Shown: piece by piece, positions 18,923 through 29,431 of the stretch
How positions within the stretch are numbered: position 1 is the stretch's first letter
How the letters are laid out: each line of letters begins with the position of its first letter
Source of the DNA: Giardia intestinalis
Taxonomy: Eukaryota
DNA length: 64,000 bases
Strand: one strand, 5' to 3'
NCBI GenBank assembly: GCA_000002435.2
Contig: CM018789.1
The notes under the pieces: model-generated
The model's database searches: none
The model's input: only the letters and a program-made list of their open reading frames with translations
Told to the model about the DNA's origin: nothing
Made by a program: the position numbers and the translations under genes

Positions 18923-21900
18923 TTACTCGTTGACTTCAAGGTTGATGCGCTTTGCTGCCATGTCAACATGAAGGCCCAATATATCTAGCTCCTTATCAAC
19001 AACGGTTTGCATGGCCCGGGCCGTACTTGCAGTAACAGAAAGGGTTGACGCATAGAGACTGTCGATCATATCCCCTACCTTTAGTAAAGTATTGGAGAGA
19101 CCGTCGGTACACATTGCAATATAGGTCTGTACTTGCTGCTTAGCAAACGATAACTTGTTTCCTAACTTACCAGATAAACGCATAACAAGCTTGTTATACA
19201 CCGGATGCAAACAAGCCCGTGTCACGGTAGCGCCTGCACCTTGGGAAATGAGCATTCCATTATGCACCAAATCATTTAGTTGATCTATAGCATCCTTACT
19301 AGCTTGATAGTTATAGTGCGCATACTCTTCGACTGTCAAGGCGGGATCCTGTCCCAGGCTCGTGACAGCCTTCTCCTTCATCTTCAATAGCAGCGCCTTA
19401 TGCTCGTCAGAAGGTCCGGCTAAGCTCTTCGCTAGTGCATAGAGAGGCTCTAAGGCAGCGGCATAGCCTTCGTGTGGCTTCTGATTCTTTTGCTGCACGT
19501 GCTCCTGAAGACAGCTTGTACTGACGATTAACACAGGTGGAGCTACTCGTCCGAAAGTCTTCAATTGAGAGAGCTGTTGTCCAACCATTGCGGAAGTAAC
19601 CTGCCGTCCATTCAAGAGCGGCTCCAGCTGTTTGTTATATGCCTCCGCAAGGGCTTGTTGCTCCGAGTCTACGGAAAGTGCAGCTAAAAGATCATAGAGC
19701 ATGTTAGTTGACGCATCATATGCAGACAAGGATACCTCGTGCAACGTGAACAGGACAAGGGAAACATAGGCAATGTCGTTCCACATTATATCGTACAGAG
19801 AGGAAACATATTGAAACAACAGAATCCCCAGCGCAATGCCAGCTTCTCTGTCTTTTGTCGTCAGTGGGAGATGCTTGGAAACGACTTCATTATAGTCACC
19901 AAAGGAAAGGACGTCAAGAGACATTTTAGCAGAAAGCCGGAGGTACCGTGTGGTTAGTCCATTAATCAATACGTTCGATCGAGTCTTGGTCTTGAAGACC
20001 TCATCGTTGCATTGTGCAAGACACTTGTCTATGAGCAAAAGGGCGTCTGCCTTAATATTTGGCTGACTCCGTGCTTCTCGATCAATGCTTTTGTAAAAAT
20101 TGAGAAATTCAATGAAGATAGCTTGGGTACGCTCCAGCGAAACATCATAGAAGTTGGTGAGTAGATCTGTTTGTCCAGCAGCCTCGTGAGTCAATATGTC
20201 TGTCATCGCAGATTGAGATATTGTAAGCTTATAAACGGATTGCTCCATAAAGACCTGTCGCTGTTTGTATCCTCTTGTTATATCTTGTAGTGCATTAGAA
20301 AGTGTGCCAGAGAAAAAGCTTTGTGGAAGATTGAATGTGGTCAGGGGATTTAGCGCAACATAGGCAGCATCAGAAGGCGTAGTTTTGGCCTTGTTGCCCT
20401 GTGTTTTTGCGGGAACAGGTTTAGCCTTCTTTAGGTCGGTGGCATCAAGCGGTGGCTCTGGAATCGGGTGGTCCAAGTATTCTGTGCTGGGAGTCTGCAC
20501 TCCTAGCTCCTTTTGATACATTTTTAGAAACTCGGTTGCAAAACTAGACTTCTCGACGCACTTTTGAGCAGTAAAAGCCTTAGACCCTTGTGCATGCGGT
20601 AGCATGGCTTGCAATTCATAGGACGCACTAGAGACACTCTGTTTGCGGTGCTCTATTGCGTGAAGTACATGGTGATAAACTCTATTGCCAACTTCAGCTA
20701 GTTCCTCTGCAAACACACTACCAGACTGACCGTCAGAAAAGGCTGCTAGCGCCTTGTCAAATAGCGGGCCAACATTACAGACACAGAGAACAGAGGGAAC
20801 TAGGGCTTCTTCGTGATCCACATCGTCAGTGAAGCAAATCTCGATTCCATCAGATCTGTGCCTTGAGCGCCGAAACAGTGCATCTGCTTGGATGCATGGC
20901 GGAAGAGAGACACGGGGCTGCAGGTCTCCATATACATGCTGCATCCAGGCAAGTAGGGTGTCCCGTTTTTGCTTGTAAGAAGCTAATTCTATATCCACTC
21001 TATTGACCAGTAGTCTGTTCTCGTAATTGAGCTGGACAAGGTTCCTCACCACTTCGTGCTTGTGTGGTGTCGCATACTGTGGAGGATCAGTCAAAGACTC
21101 TCCATAGACATCAAAAAAGCGATAGGAGAAGAACACCTCCGCTATAGAGGGCTTAAGCTTTCTCTCGTCACTTAAGGGAGAGTCAGTGCCTCTTACTTTG
21201 TGCGGACAGCCTGTACTTAGGCGAACAGCATTCTGCGCAACGGCTCTGCAGAATGCGTCGTACGCTTGTGGATCGACAATAGGATAGCTCTTGATGAAGG
21301 TATCATCTACTGAAAAATGCTCATCGCCCTTCTCGTCTGCCCAAGGAGCAAAGCCAAGGGACGTCGTTGTGTAAACGCTTAAGAGACTGAGATTTGCCTT
21401 GGATACATTTCTTGTCGGAAGATCTGCCCACTGTGCTACTGGTTTAAGAGGTATTTCTACAGGAGCCCGTGTGTAATCATCCCCGAAGAGGACCGAATCC
21501 TTCACAGGGTCCGTATTGAGAACATCAAGAGTGGCCGAGTTCATAAATCCTATGTCACGGACTTCATGTGCAGGTACTTTGAGCCCGGCACTATACACAG
21601 CAAGGTTATCAGCCGATAGATTAAGTCGCCGACTATTGTAGAGAATGCTCTTTGAGGTCCGCGTGCTACGGATAGCAGTCGCGGCAGCACAGTTAGGAGA
21701 GGTATGGGTATGAGTACCAGAGTGCTGAGGGCTAGATGCTTCGGAACCAATCGGGAATTCCTTTCGTACACGCTCACAATCAGGATCAGTGGACTCGTCC
21801 TCATTAGAAGAGTAGTCCATGGAAGTATCTGGTGAAAAGTCACTTCCAGAAGACGTTGAACGATCTTTCCGTTGATGTGAACGACCTACAGCTTGAGTGT

Positions 21901-24900
21901 CAATGGTTAAATATTGTTTTTTGGGATTGTCTGCATCGTCTGTCATACTCTCCTCGTGTTCGTTGATACATGTGGATGTTCTACAGAGCCCAAGGTCTTT
22001 TGATGGCCACTGTACCTCGTTAACTGATAATTCTGTATTGTACGGGTCCCCATGGTCCATGTGATGGCTGGTCAGGTAGGCATCGAATAAGTCATCACAC
22101 TCTACCGGGTGACTTGAAATAAATAGCCTACCATACAACCTTCGACAAATAGCCTCAAAGTTATCATCGTGAAGATAAATTAATGACGTTATGCCAGAGC
22201 GTTTTATAAACACAGGCGTTAAAGACTCAGTCAGGCTCGATGCTGCATGCAAGGCTGGGGTAACATCAACGTTCTGGTCAGAACTAGCTGTAACATGAGA
22301 CGCATACCCATTCAAAAGCCTCTGTAAAGAGTCCCTTGTTAGGCATCCGTTTAGTAAGTCCTCGATAATATCGCTGTCACAAACTGAGTTGGGAAAGCCG
22401 TCAAAGATCAGGCATGTATAATTACTTAGCAAGCTTTGTGTAATAGCCTGAACCAGCATGGAGCGAGCAACAAATCTATTGATCTGATCCACATCTGTCA
22501 CATCAACCGTTAGCTTATCTGAAGCATAATAGTCCTTACCGGAAAGAATAGATTCAACTACGCTAGCCAGATCATCGACTCCATTGTCGACTCTTTCTAT
22601 TTCTTGAAGCTCACTAGACTGGTCGTCAGCTCCTGCAGAAGAGTCCGTAGTAGCAAGAGAAAGCTCACTAGGATGTGTCCTAGACAAGAGACTCTTCCGC
22701 ACCCTTCTCTGAATGGCACGGTATAACATCATATATTGCTCTGGTGTGCGGAGTATGGCTTGAACGTCAGAGGGGATGCTGAAGCGTATGGTTTGTTGGT
22801 GGCTATCCGAAGGCTCGTCAGTAATCTCTCCCTCATTTTGCGAAAAGAGAGACCCGTCACGGCACAGTTCATTTGGTACAAAGATGTTGCCCCCAGACGA
22901 GATGTTGTGCCGAATGGCAGCATGTGCAGAATTGCTGCCTCTCACATCATGAGCCGCAGCATCCTGCGTTACTGCACGGCTAACATTTTGTGAGGAAAGA
23001 GTGTCTGTGTCAATGGGCAACTCATCGCGGAGAGTGCTTCTTCCTGGAGCCCGTTGATGAAGGGACTGGATAGGACTATCGGAGGAGTGATCATGTAGAT
23101 CAGGAACACTGGCACAATTGGCCATGCTGTTACTGTTTAATATCAGACCATCGCTAAGGCTCTTAGGGTTATGGAGAGGATGTGGATAGAATCGTGCCCC
23201 CGGTTGGGCGCCGGTCAATTGTGTATAGAGCAAGTTATTATGAAGGGTAAGGAGGTCGCTCATCAGCTCATCCTCTAAGTATACACTTCGGGAGGAGATA
23301 TCCTTATGTGACTCGTACTTAGAGCTTCGATCGTCGAGGATACGCATAAGCTCCTCATAGAGCGAGCGGTAGATAGTGCAGGCGTCCACTATACCGGTAG
23401 GGATTTTTCGCTCTCCAGACAGGCGTCTTGAGAGCTCTGCCGTGACGAGGGTCTTCCCGGACACCGGGTCGCCAGTGACAAAGACCAGATCAATCTTGTC
23501 AATAAGCATCCTTATATATGCATCGTTGTTCAAATTAGCTAGTAATAGCGTAAAATAGTTGTCGTCTTGTGACACAGCTGGTGGTTTAATTTGCCGAGCC
23601 AATGAGCAGTCTGTCAAGGCAGCATATGGAACGCTGTTCTTGTTAATAAGATAGTTCCGTATGGACATTGTGTCATTGTCAGACTTCCACAGCTCTAGAA
23701 GTACCAGGTCCTGTATCTCCTTTAGAAGCGACTGGCGTGCCCGTACTTCATAGCTGTCATCTACAAATGTACGTAGAAAGCGGAAGTAATTAATTAGGTC
23801 GCCTACAGAAACAAAGTCTATGTTTAGCAAATCTAAGAATGATGAGGTACCATTAGAGTATTCCTCTAATTCTACGCGCGACCCTGGTGGCGTGACAGCC
23901 TTAGATCTAGGCCTTTCTGCAGACCCTTTTTGCTTTACAGAAAGTGGTGAAGACAACGTTGGATTTGCTTGTTCGGAGTGAAAAAGGTCTGTAAGGAGAT
24001 CAACATTATCTAGAGAGCCCTTAGATAGTAGTGAGGAAAACTCAAGGAAGAACGCTGCATTTGCAATAGAAACTTGCGAAAGAGCATTTTGCCCATTAGA
24101 AGCAAGAGATCTTACATACTCGGAAAGTGAAAAGGTTGGATCCATTACAGCGCAGCGCAAAAGCTTCACATCTCTGGAAGGGTCCACGCAGTATTGATAA
24201 AAGTGATAGATATGTTTGAACACGTTAAGAACCTGGTTATAATCTAGATATCCCTCGTCTAGCATGGCGGCAGCATCAATGCTCGGGTCCTTTAGTACCG
24301 CAGCAGGAGTGTGCATAACGGGAGTTTGCGGAGCCTTCTTAGAGGAGGCCGTACTGGACGGCGATCGCTTTGTTGCTGAAGGCGAGCTTCCGCGGGTCGT
24401 CACCTTCGGCGCAATTGTGGCACTCGGCCTCCTTGTACTGGCGGCTGATTTCACAGTGAGCTTCCCAATAATTGCCGCGAAATCGACCAGAGGGCAGGTT
24501 GAAATTTCATGATAGAATGATGAACAGAACAAAACAGATAACTCCGAACTGTATAGATTCGGGCATGTCCTGTACTTCTCATACCTAGACAACAAAGTTG
24601 ACATCGGATGAATCTCCACCGAATCAGATGAGCCTGAAGGCATGCTGGCGCCGCAATTTAGATCGTCCTCTTTGTCTACAACGTTTTTCACCGACTTGAG
24701 TGTCTTGATGTTTGATTGCACAGTGGAGTCGGTAGATGCTTCAGTCACTGAATACATGCTGAGGATGTCGTAGTAGGAAGCAAGATCTGAAAGAAGAGGA
24801 CCTGACCCAACAGAGTCAAGGAGCTTCTCGATGCATTCTGTGAAGAGCTGAAATGACATATGATCTGACTCCTGGAGCGCAGCCGCTTCGGAGGGTTCTT

Positions 24901-25804
24901 TTTCCTGTATCGAACCAGCAACAGGCTGGGTTTCGGGACTGCAATCTTTGTGTGAAGGTGCATCCTGCTTGGTAGGCTCAGTGGAACCCGGTTCTTTGAG
25001 TGATACCGGGTCGACATCAGTACCGACAGGGTTATCTGCAAAAGGACAGTTGGTTTCAGAATCAACGAATTTTGGTCTTAGAAATGGCGCTTTAATGGTT
25101 GATTCAAGGGAGAAGAAGCCAGTGGTTCCACTGTCCCCTGTTCCAGCTGCTTCCAGAGCAATAGAAGCTAAGAGCTTATCAAGAAGAAAGGTGTCGCACT
25201 CTACTGATAGATTCATTCGAAGGAGCGCTGCATAGCTCAGCTCATGCACAGAGCGCTTTGTAAAGCGCAGCATAGAAAGGGTTTCTTGGTCAGAAATGGA
25301 AGTGCAGATATAGTCATGCATCCGTACTTCGCGGTCAACGCGCTGGGCAGTTGTAAGCATGAAGTTACCAAGTTCCGCAGCGGCAGACTCCATTCCATAC
25401 AGGTCGACGTGTTTGCGAAGCGTCAGTCGATAGTCTGTTTCCGCGTCCATATTGGCTGCGGCCTGCTGCACTTGACGCCGTGCTTCGCCGTTATAGAAGG
25501 TAATTCGGGCCTCCTCCTTGCTCTTTCTCATGATGAATCTATTCAAAGATGAGCGCAGGTCCTCTAGACGGACGGAGCTAGTTAGTCGGAGAGGATATTT
25601 ATATTGATAAAACATCACAGGACGGGGGCCATGAAGACTGAACTTGAAGAAGTAGCGAGCATCCTCTGATAAAAGGTCCATGACTCCAGAGTCCGTGGCA
25701 ATGGCTTTAGAAAGATCGTAGGGCCCCACTGGTACTTCGCCACATGGGGCACCATCAGATGAACTAGAAGAGTCAGAGCTGTCCATCTGTGGGGAGAGAA
25801 ACAC
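18923..25804 (-). CDS. Giant hypothetical protein of 2293 aa with a single P-loop (Walker A) motif and extensive Ser-rich low-complexity regions.
   Basis: This is an uninterrupted 6.9 kb ORF. GDPVSGKTLVT fits G-x4-GKT. No recognisable Walker B or AAA second-region motif was found. Confidence 0.55.
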   Translation of the reverse strand: MFLSPQMDSSDSSSSSDGAPCGEVPVGPYDLSKAIATDSGVMDLLSEDARYFFKFSLHGPRPVMFYQYKYPLRLTSSVRLEDLRSSLNRFIMRKSKEEARITFYNGEARRQVQQAAANMDAETDYRLTLRKHVDLYGMESAAAELGNFMLTTAQRVDREVRMHDYICTSISDQETLSMLRFTKRSVHELSYAALLRMNLSVECDTFLLDKLLASIALEAAGTGDSGTTGFFSLESTIKAPFLRPKFVDSETNCPFADNPVGTDVDPVSLKEPGSTEPTKQDAPSHKDCSPETQPVAGSIQEKEPSEAAALQESDHMSFQLFTECIEKLLDSVGSGPLLSDLASYYDILSMYSVTEASTDSTVQSNIKTLKSVKNVVDKEDDLNCGASMPSGSSDSVEIHPMSTLLSRYEKYRTCPNLYSSELSVLFCSSFYHEISTCPLVDFAAIIGKLTVKSAASTRRPSATIAPKVTTRGSSPSATKRSPSSTASSKKAPQTPVMHTPAAVLKDPSIDAAAMLDEGYLDYNQVLNVFKHIYHFYQYCVDPSRDVKLLRCAVMDPTFSLSEYVRSLASNGQNALSQVSIANAAFFLEFSSLLSKGSLDNVDLLTDLFHSEQANPTLSSPLSVKQKGSAERPRSKAVTPPGSRVELEEYSNGTSSFLDLLNIDFVSVGDLINYFRFLRTFVDDSYEVRARQSLLKEIQDLVLLELWKSDNDTMSIRNYLINKNSVPYAALTDCSLARQIKPPAVSQDDNYFTLLLANLNNDAYIRMLIDKIDLVFVTGDPVSGKTLVTAELSRRLSGERKIPTGIVDACTIYRSLYEELMRILDDRSSKYESHKDISSRSVYLEDELMSDLLTLHNNLLYTQLTGAQPGARFYPHPLHNPKSLSDGLILNSNSMANCASVPDLHDHSSDSPIQSLHQRAPGRSTLRDELPIDTDTLSSQNVSRAVTQDAAAHDVRGSNSAHAAIRHNISSGGNIFVPNELCRDGSLFSQNEGEITDEPSDSHQQTIRFSIPSDVQAILRTPEQYMMLYRAIQRRVRKSLLSRTHPSELSLATTDSSAGADDQSSELQEIERVDNGVDDLASVVESILSGKDYYASDKLTVDVTDVDQINRFVARSMLVQAITQSLLSNYTCLIFDGFPNSVCDSDIIEDLLNGCLTRDSLQRLLNGYASHVTASSDQNVDVTPALHAASSLTESLTPVFIKRSGITSLIYLHDDNFEAICRRLYGRLFISSHPVECDDLFDAYLTSHHMDHGDPYNTELSVNEVQWPSKDLGLCRTSTCINEHEESMTDDADNPKKQYLTIDTQAVGRSHQRKDRSTSSGSDFSPDTSMDYSSNEDESTDPDCERVRKEFPIGSEASSPQHSGTHTHTSPNCAAATAIRSTRTSKSILYNSRRLNLSADNLAVYSAGLKVPAHEVRDIGFMNSATLDVLNTDPVKDSVLFGDDYTRAPVEIPLKPVAQWADLPTRNVSKANLSLLSVYTTTSLGFAPWADEKGDEHFSVDDTFIKSYPIVDPQAYDAFCRAVAQNAVRLSTGCPHKVRGTDSPLSDERKLKPSIAEVFFSYRFFDVYGESLTDPPQYATPHKHEVVRNLVQLNYENRLLVNRVDIELASYKQKRDTLLAWMQHVYGDLQPRVSLPPCIQADALFRRSRHRSDGIEICFTDDVDHEEALVPSVLCVCNVGPLFDKALAAFSDGQSGSVFAEELAEVGNRVYHHVLHAIEHRKQSVSSASYELQAMLPHAQGSKAFTAQKCVEKSSFATEFLKMYQKELGVQTPSTEYLDHPIPEPPLDATDLKKAKPVPAKTQGNKAKTTPSDAAYVALNPLTTFNLPQSFFSGTLSNALQDITRGYKQRQVFMEQSVYKLTISQSAMTDILTHEAAGQTDLLTNFYDVSLERTQAIFIEFLNFYKSIDREARSQPNIKADALLLIDKCLAQCNDEVFKTKTRSNVLINGLTTRYLRLSAKMSLDVLSFGDYNEVVSKHLPLTTKDREAGIALGILLFQYVSSLYDIMWNDIAYVSLVLFTLHEVSLSAYDASTNMLYDLLAALSVDSEQQALAEAYNKQLEPLLNGRQVTSAMVGQQLSQLKTFGRVAPPVLIVSTSCLQEHVQQKNQKPHEGYAAALEPLYALAKSLAGPSDEHKALLLKMKEKAVTSLGQDPALTVEEYAHYNYQASKDAIDQLNDLVHNGMLISQGAGATVTRACLHPVYNKLVMRLSGKLGNKLSFAKQQVQTYIAMCTDGLSNTLLKVGDMIDSLYASTLSVTASTARAMQTVVDKELDILGLHVDMAAKRINLEVNE

Positions 25805-25855
25805 ACAGCCTAGTTTCTATTTTTTGAAACCCAATTTACATTAAGGACAGCAGAA
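25805..25855. promoter_or_regulatory. AT-rich divergent promoter between the giant gene (minus strand) and the MVD gene (plus strand).
   Basis: The 51 bp spacer is ...tagtttctattttttgaaacccaatttacattaaggacagcagaaATG. Confidence 0.4.
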
Positions 25856-26863
25856 ATGCAAGCTATAGCTGCGCCCAACGTCGCTTTAATTAAGTATTGG
25901 GGCAAGGGAGACCAGAAAACTAACTCCCCCGCTTCTGGCTCTATCTCTTTCACGCTATCTGCGGAAACTCTATGGGCCAAAACAAAAGTGCTGTCCCGTG
26001 ATGTCTCCAAAGGTACAATTGGTCCGACCATGGAGATAAATGGGACCACTGTTGCGGTTAAGGATTCCCTAGTGCGCCTTCTGGATGGATTCAGTCAATG
26101 TGCACATTTAACGGGCGCCTCTGCTTCCAGTGGTTCGTCTGCCTTGGGGCTTGTAGAAGAATTCTCAAGAGACATCTCCATAGTGTCTCAGACTAATATC
26201 CCCATCGCTAGTGGCATCGCATCTTCAGCTGCCGGTGCAGCCGCACTCGCTCTAGCCCTGAACGAGTACTACCGAACAAACTTCGATAGAAAGATTCTTT
26301 CATGTCTTGCACGGCTATATTCTGGCTCAGGCGCACGCTCTGTGTATCCAGGAGCTGTGGAGATGGTTTGTGACGCCAACGCACACTCTCTGCTCCGCTG
26401 GCACGCAGTCCCCCTTTCCGTTCACCCCTCTTTTCACTCTCTGGAGTGCCTTATACTTCTTTTTTCATCCGCTCCAAAGCCCCTCTCGTCCACAGAAGCC
26501 ATGAATAAATGTGCAGATCATCCATCCCAGAAGGCACGGTTGGTTCGTATTCCCGCTCGTCTTGACCGCTGCAGATCTGCCCTGCAACGTGGGTGCTTCA
26601 ATGACCTGGCTGAAGTGTGTGAAGAGGACTGGAAGTGCATGCATAGCGTTGTGCAGGAGGCGGCAGAAGTGACATATATAACAGAGGATGGGCGTGCCTT
26701 CTCCGACTGGGTCACCACTCAAAGACGCACAGCAGGACTGCAGGCTTTTTGCACATACGATGCAGGCCCCAATTGCATTGTATTTGGATTTCCTGACGAC
26801 CTTAGTAGAATAAGGAAGAGTCAACCACGGTTTCAGTACCTCGCGTGCAAGATTTCTTGGTAA
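25856..26863 (+). CDS. MVD: Diphosphomevalonate (mevalonate pyrophosphate) decarboxylase, GHMP kinase family.
   Basis: The N-terminal APNVALIKYWGK matches the MVD signature (A/P-x-NIA-x-IKYWGKRD). The GHMP ATP-binding loop IPIASGIASSAAGAAALALA matches IPTAAGLASSAAGFAALV. The length of 335 aa is typical. Confidence 0.8.
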   Translation: MQAIAAPNVALIKYWGKGDQKTNSPASGSISFTLSAETLWAKTKVLSRDVSKGTIGPTMEINGTTVAVKDSLVRLLDGFSQCAHLTGASASSGSSALGLVEEFSRDISIVSQTNIPIASGIASSAAGAAALALALNEYYRTNFDRKILSCLARLYSGSGARSVYPGAVEMVCDANAHSLLRWHAVPLSVHPSFHSLECLILLFSSAPKPLSSTEAMNKCADHPSQKARLVRIPARLDRCRSALQRGCFNDLAEVCEEDWKCMHSVVQEAAEVTYITEDGRAFSDWVTTQRRTAGLQAFCTYDAGPNCIVFGFPDDLSRIRKSQPRFQYLACKISW

Positions 26864-26871
26864 ACAAATAA

Positions 26872-29382
26872 TTGTATAAAGGTCCTCTCTACCTCTTAAT
26901 GAACGTCCCTGAGCTCTTTGAACAAGCGAATACGCCAGCACTCCTAGGCTCTCTGTTTGTTCTCTTAGATAAAGCGTCGACACGCACCTCAGAAACCATC
27001 GTTTCTACTTGTCTCACACGCAGCATAAAAGCATCCATGCACAATGTGCTAGCCGCTTGGAAACTAGCTGCAACATTAAGCCAGTCCCTTCCGAAGTGTA
27101 CAGACAGTTTTATGCTAAGAAACGCCGTACGGTTAGAGAAGCTGTATGACGACGCCTTCATAGGCATTTCTCGTGAAATGGAGGTTTCTCATGCAGGATT
27201 CTTCCATGATCCTCAGAGGGCCTCGTTAACGAAGGTCCTTGTCCTTTCTTATGGCGATTTTGCTCTAAGAATGATCAGTATCAGCGGGAGCCATCAGATC
27301 AAGTCAACCACCTTTTCCACACTTTTATGCCTTCTAGCGTGGCCCCAGCGCGCGATTCTTTCTCATAGCGGCGAACCATCAGTCGCAGAACTCCACAGAG
27401 GGTTCGATACCATCTCATCTGTCTTCACGTTACTACTTCGCTTACAACAATGTGCTCACGTGCGAACATTCCTCCGCAGTAGGGCTGCTGAAATACGTGC
27501 AGCGTGCTTCTCAGTTGTTATTGCAGTGACATACGTCGGTGCCAGTTTGAACAAATGCCGTATCGATAACTTGATCACCATTGCAGCGTCACTATTTAGT
27601 TTTGTTATCCTCGCATTAGAAAGTAGAGCGATACGCTACGAGGCAGGGGCAGAATTACTTCGGATATTTGTCGCATTCAAGTGTATGGCAGAATCTAGAC
27701 TTTTCGAACATGTAGAGCTATCTGTGCTCGATGGGTACTTGGTTATCTCATCTATTGGACAAGTTCTTGGCGTATCGTCCTCTGCAGCCTGTATCAATTT
27801 CTGGAAGGATCATCCTGTCATAGGAAACATACGATTTAGTAAGTTTCTGCATAACTTTGCCCGTACTTGTAGTTTGTTCTTTGCTTTATGTGTTAAAAGC
27901 ACTCTTTCTCTTCCATCTGGCTTGAGCCAGTATGAAATCCCAGTCGGTGAACAGGTGTCTCCTCTTCGAAATGATGTCTGCCCTGTTCTTTTCTATCCCG
28001 TGGCCGGGCTCATTGAGCTTATGATCTCTTGCAGCAAAACGCTGTTGGAGAAACTCATAACAACACCTTCTTTCAACGACTTGGCAGCAATCTCAACACA
28101 CTTTCTTCTGGCGTGCACTACCATTCTTGAAATGAACTTTGGTCTTTTCAATGGTTTGAAGACAGCGCTTTTCTGGCCGCTTGTCCAGCTCCTCACTGTA
28201 CCTGCGGATGCGCTCACCATCATAAAGCCACACCTTTATAACTGCTTAGCCTCGCTTCTCGCTGAATCATCTCTTACCTTTCCCATCGACAATCGCCTCC
28301 ACAATGAGCGGTTTCATAGCTTTACAACACTGGTTTTGACCATGTATCAGGACTTTTTGGATTTAGTGTCAGTCGCCAAGGGCTTGGCCAAACAGACTCA
28401 TTCTCATCGTAACTTGCCAGAGCTTGCAAAGCTACTTCGTGCCCTTTGTAGTTCTGGTAGCATTCGGCTACTTGCTGCTCATGCAACGGTATTTCAAGAC
28501 GCTGGATGCCCTCTACTTACAGATATTATATCTGTATGTCTTCGTGTTGTGTCTATACTCTCCCATAATTCACGGGAAGCCCTCGTTGTTCAGGGCGAAC
28601 AAGCGAACGGTTACTCTACGAAGGAGTACCCTTACGTAATGGAATGTGTACACCAACAGACATTGCTATCCTTTGAGAGTTTGGAGTTATACACATTCCT
28701 ACTAGAAGGCTTGACGCATCTGTGTCTGACTCCCATCAACGGGCAGCTAAGCTCTGCCCTACCTTTGACAATACACTTTCTTGAGATAGCCCTGACAGAT
28801 CAATTACTTGTGGCGGACCATCTTCGCCGCCTCGCTAGCTGTCGCCGCCTTATTTCTGCTGCCCTTTTGCCAGCTACTCCTCTGATGTACCTCTATGGGA
28901 TGCAGGTCAGTTCTGACCTGAGGCTTGCCTATGGCATTGCTGACCCTTCTGAGATATCATTAGAAAGTGTGCTTACCATGGCAGGAAACGCTCCTCTTAC
29001 AGAACCTGGATTGAAGCAGCATCGTCCTGGCCTCCTTCCATATCTTCCAATTGTTTCTATCAGTGGAGATGCGCAACCGCCACATTCAGACGTCAACGCC
29101 GACAATGGTATTTCATCTGACCCGTCACTTAGTATTGGTGCTCATTCAGTCTTCGCCACTCCATGTGTGACGGAGGACATGTCCGTAGTCTCCTCAACGC
29201 CTGCTCTCCCCTCCGCTACCAGTTTAGCTACCACGCAGCTAAGTATGCAATCGGTAAGATCAGCTGTTGCCAGTATAGACTCCATTGTGGCAGGTACTAA
29301 AAAGCAAAGTGGCGAGGCGCTCATAAGCAATGACGCAGCACCTGCTCCTCTTATCTTGGACTCTTCCGAAGACGATGAATGA
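26872..29382 (+). CDS. Hypothetical protein of 836 aa.
   Basis: The ORF is uninterrupted and starts 8 nt after the MVD stop. It is helical and Leu-rich, with no recognisable motif. Confidence 0.5.
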   Translation: MYKGPLYLLMNVPELFEQANTPALLGSLFVLLDKASTRTSETIVSTCLTRSIKASMHNVLAAWKLAATLSQSLPKCTDSFMLRNAVRLEKLYDDAFIGISREMEVSHAGFFHDPQRASLTKVLVLSYGDFALRMISISGSHQIKSTTFSTLLCLLAWPQRAILSHSGEPSVAELHRGFDTISSVFTLLLRLQQCAHVRTFLRSRAAEIRAACFSVVIAVTYVGASLNKCRIDNLITIAASLFSFVILALESRAIRYEAGAELLRIFVAFKCMAESRLFEHVELSVLDGYLVISSIGQVLGVSSSAACINFWKDHPVIGNIRFSKFLHNFARTCSLFFALCVKSTLSLPSGLSQYEIPVGEQVSPLRNDVCPVLFYPVAGLIELMISCSKTLLEKLITTPSFNDLAAISTHFLLACTTILEMNFGLFNGLKTALFWPLVQLLTVPADALTIIKPHLYNCLASLLAESSLTFPIDNRLHNERFHSFTTLVLTMYQDFLDLVSVAKGLAKQTHSHRNLPELAKLLRALCSSGSIRLLAAHATVFQDAGCPLLTDIISVCLRVVSILSHNSREALVVQGEQANGYSTKEYPYVMECVHQQTLLSFESLELYTFLLEGLTHLCLTPINGQLSSALPLTIHFLEIALTDQLLVADHLRRLASCRRLISAALLPATPLMYLYGMQVSSDLRLAYGIADPSEISLESVLTMAGNAPLTEPGLKQHRPGLLPYLPIVSISGDAQPPHSDVNADNGISSDPSLSIGAHSVFATPCVTEDMSVVSSTPALPSATSLATTQLSMQSVRSAVASIDSIVAGTKKQSGEALISNDAAPAPLILDSSEDDE

Positions 29383-29431
29383 TAATGCGTACCTATCAAT
29401 TTACAACCAAACAGAAGACACAAGTTAGTTT

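Noticed and set aside
26465-26983. A 172 aa minus-strand ORF spanning the MVD 3' end and the start of the next gene.
   Set aside because: It is entirely antisense to two well-supported plus-strand genes. It has no recognisable motifs and a Cys/Arg-rich composition typical of spurious antisense frames.
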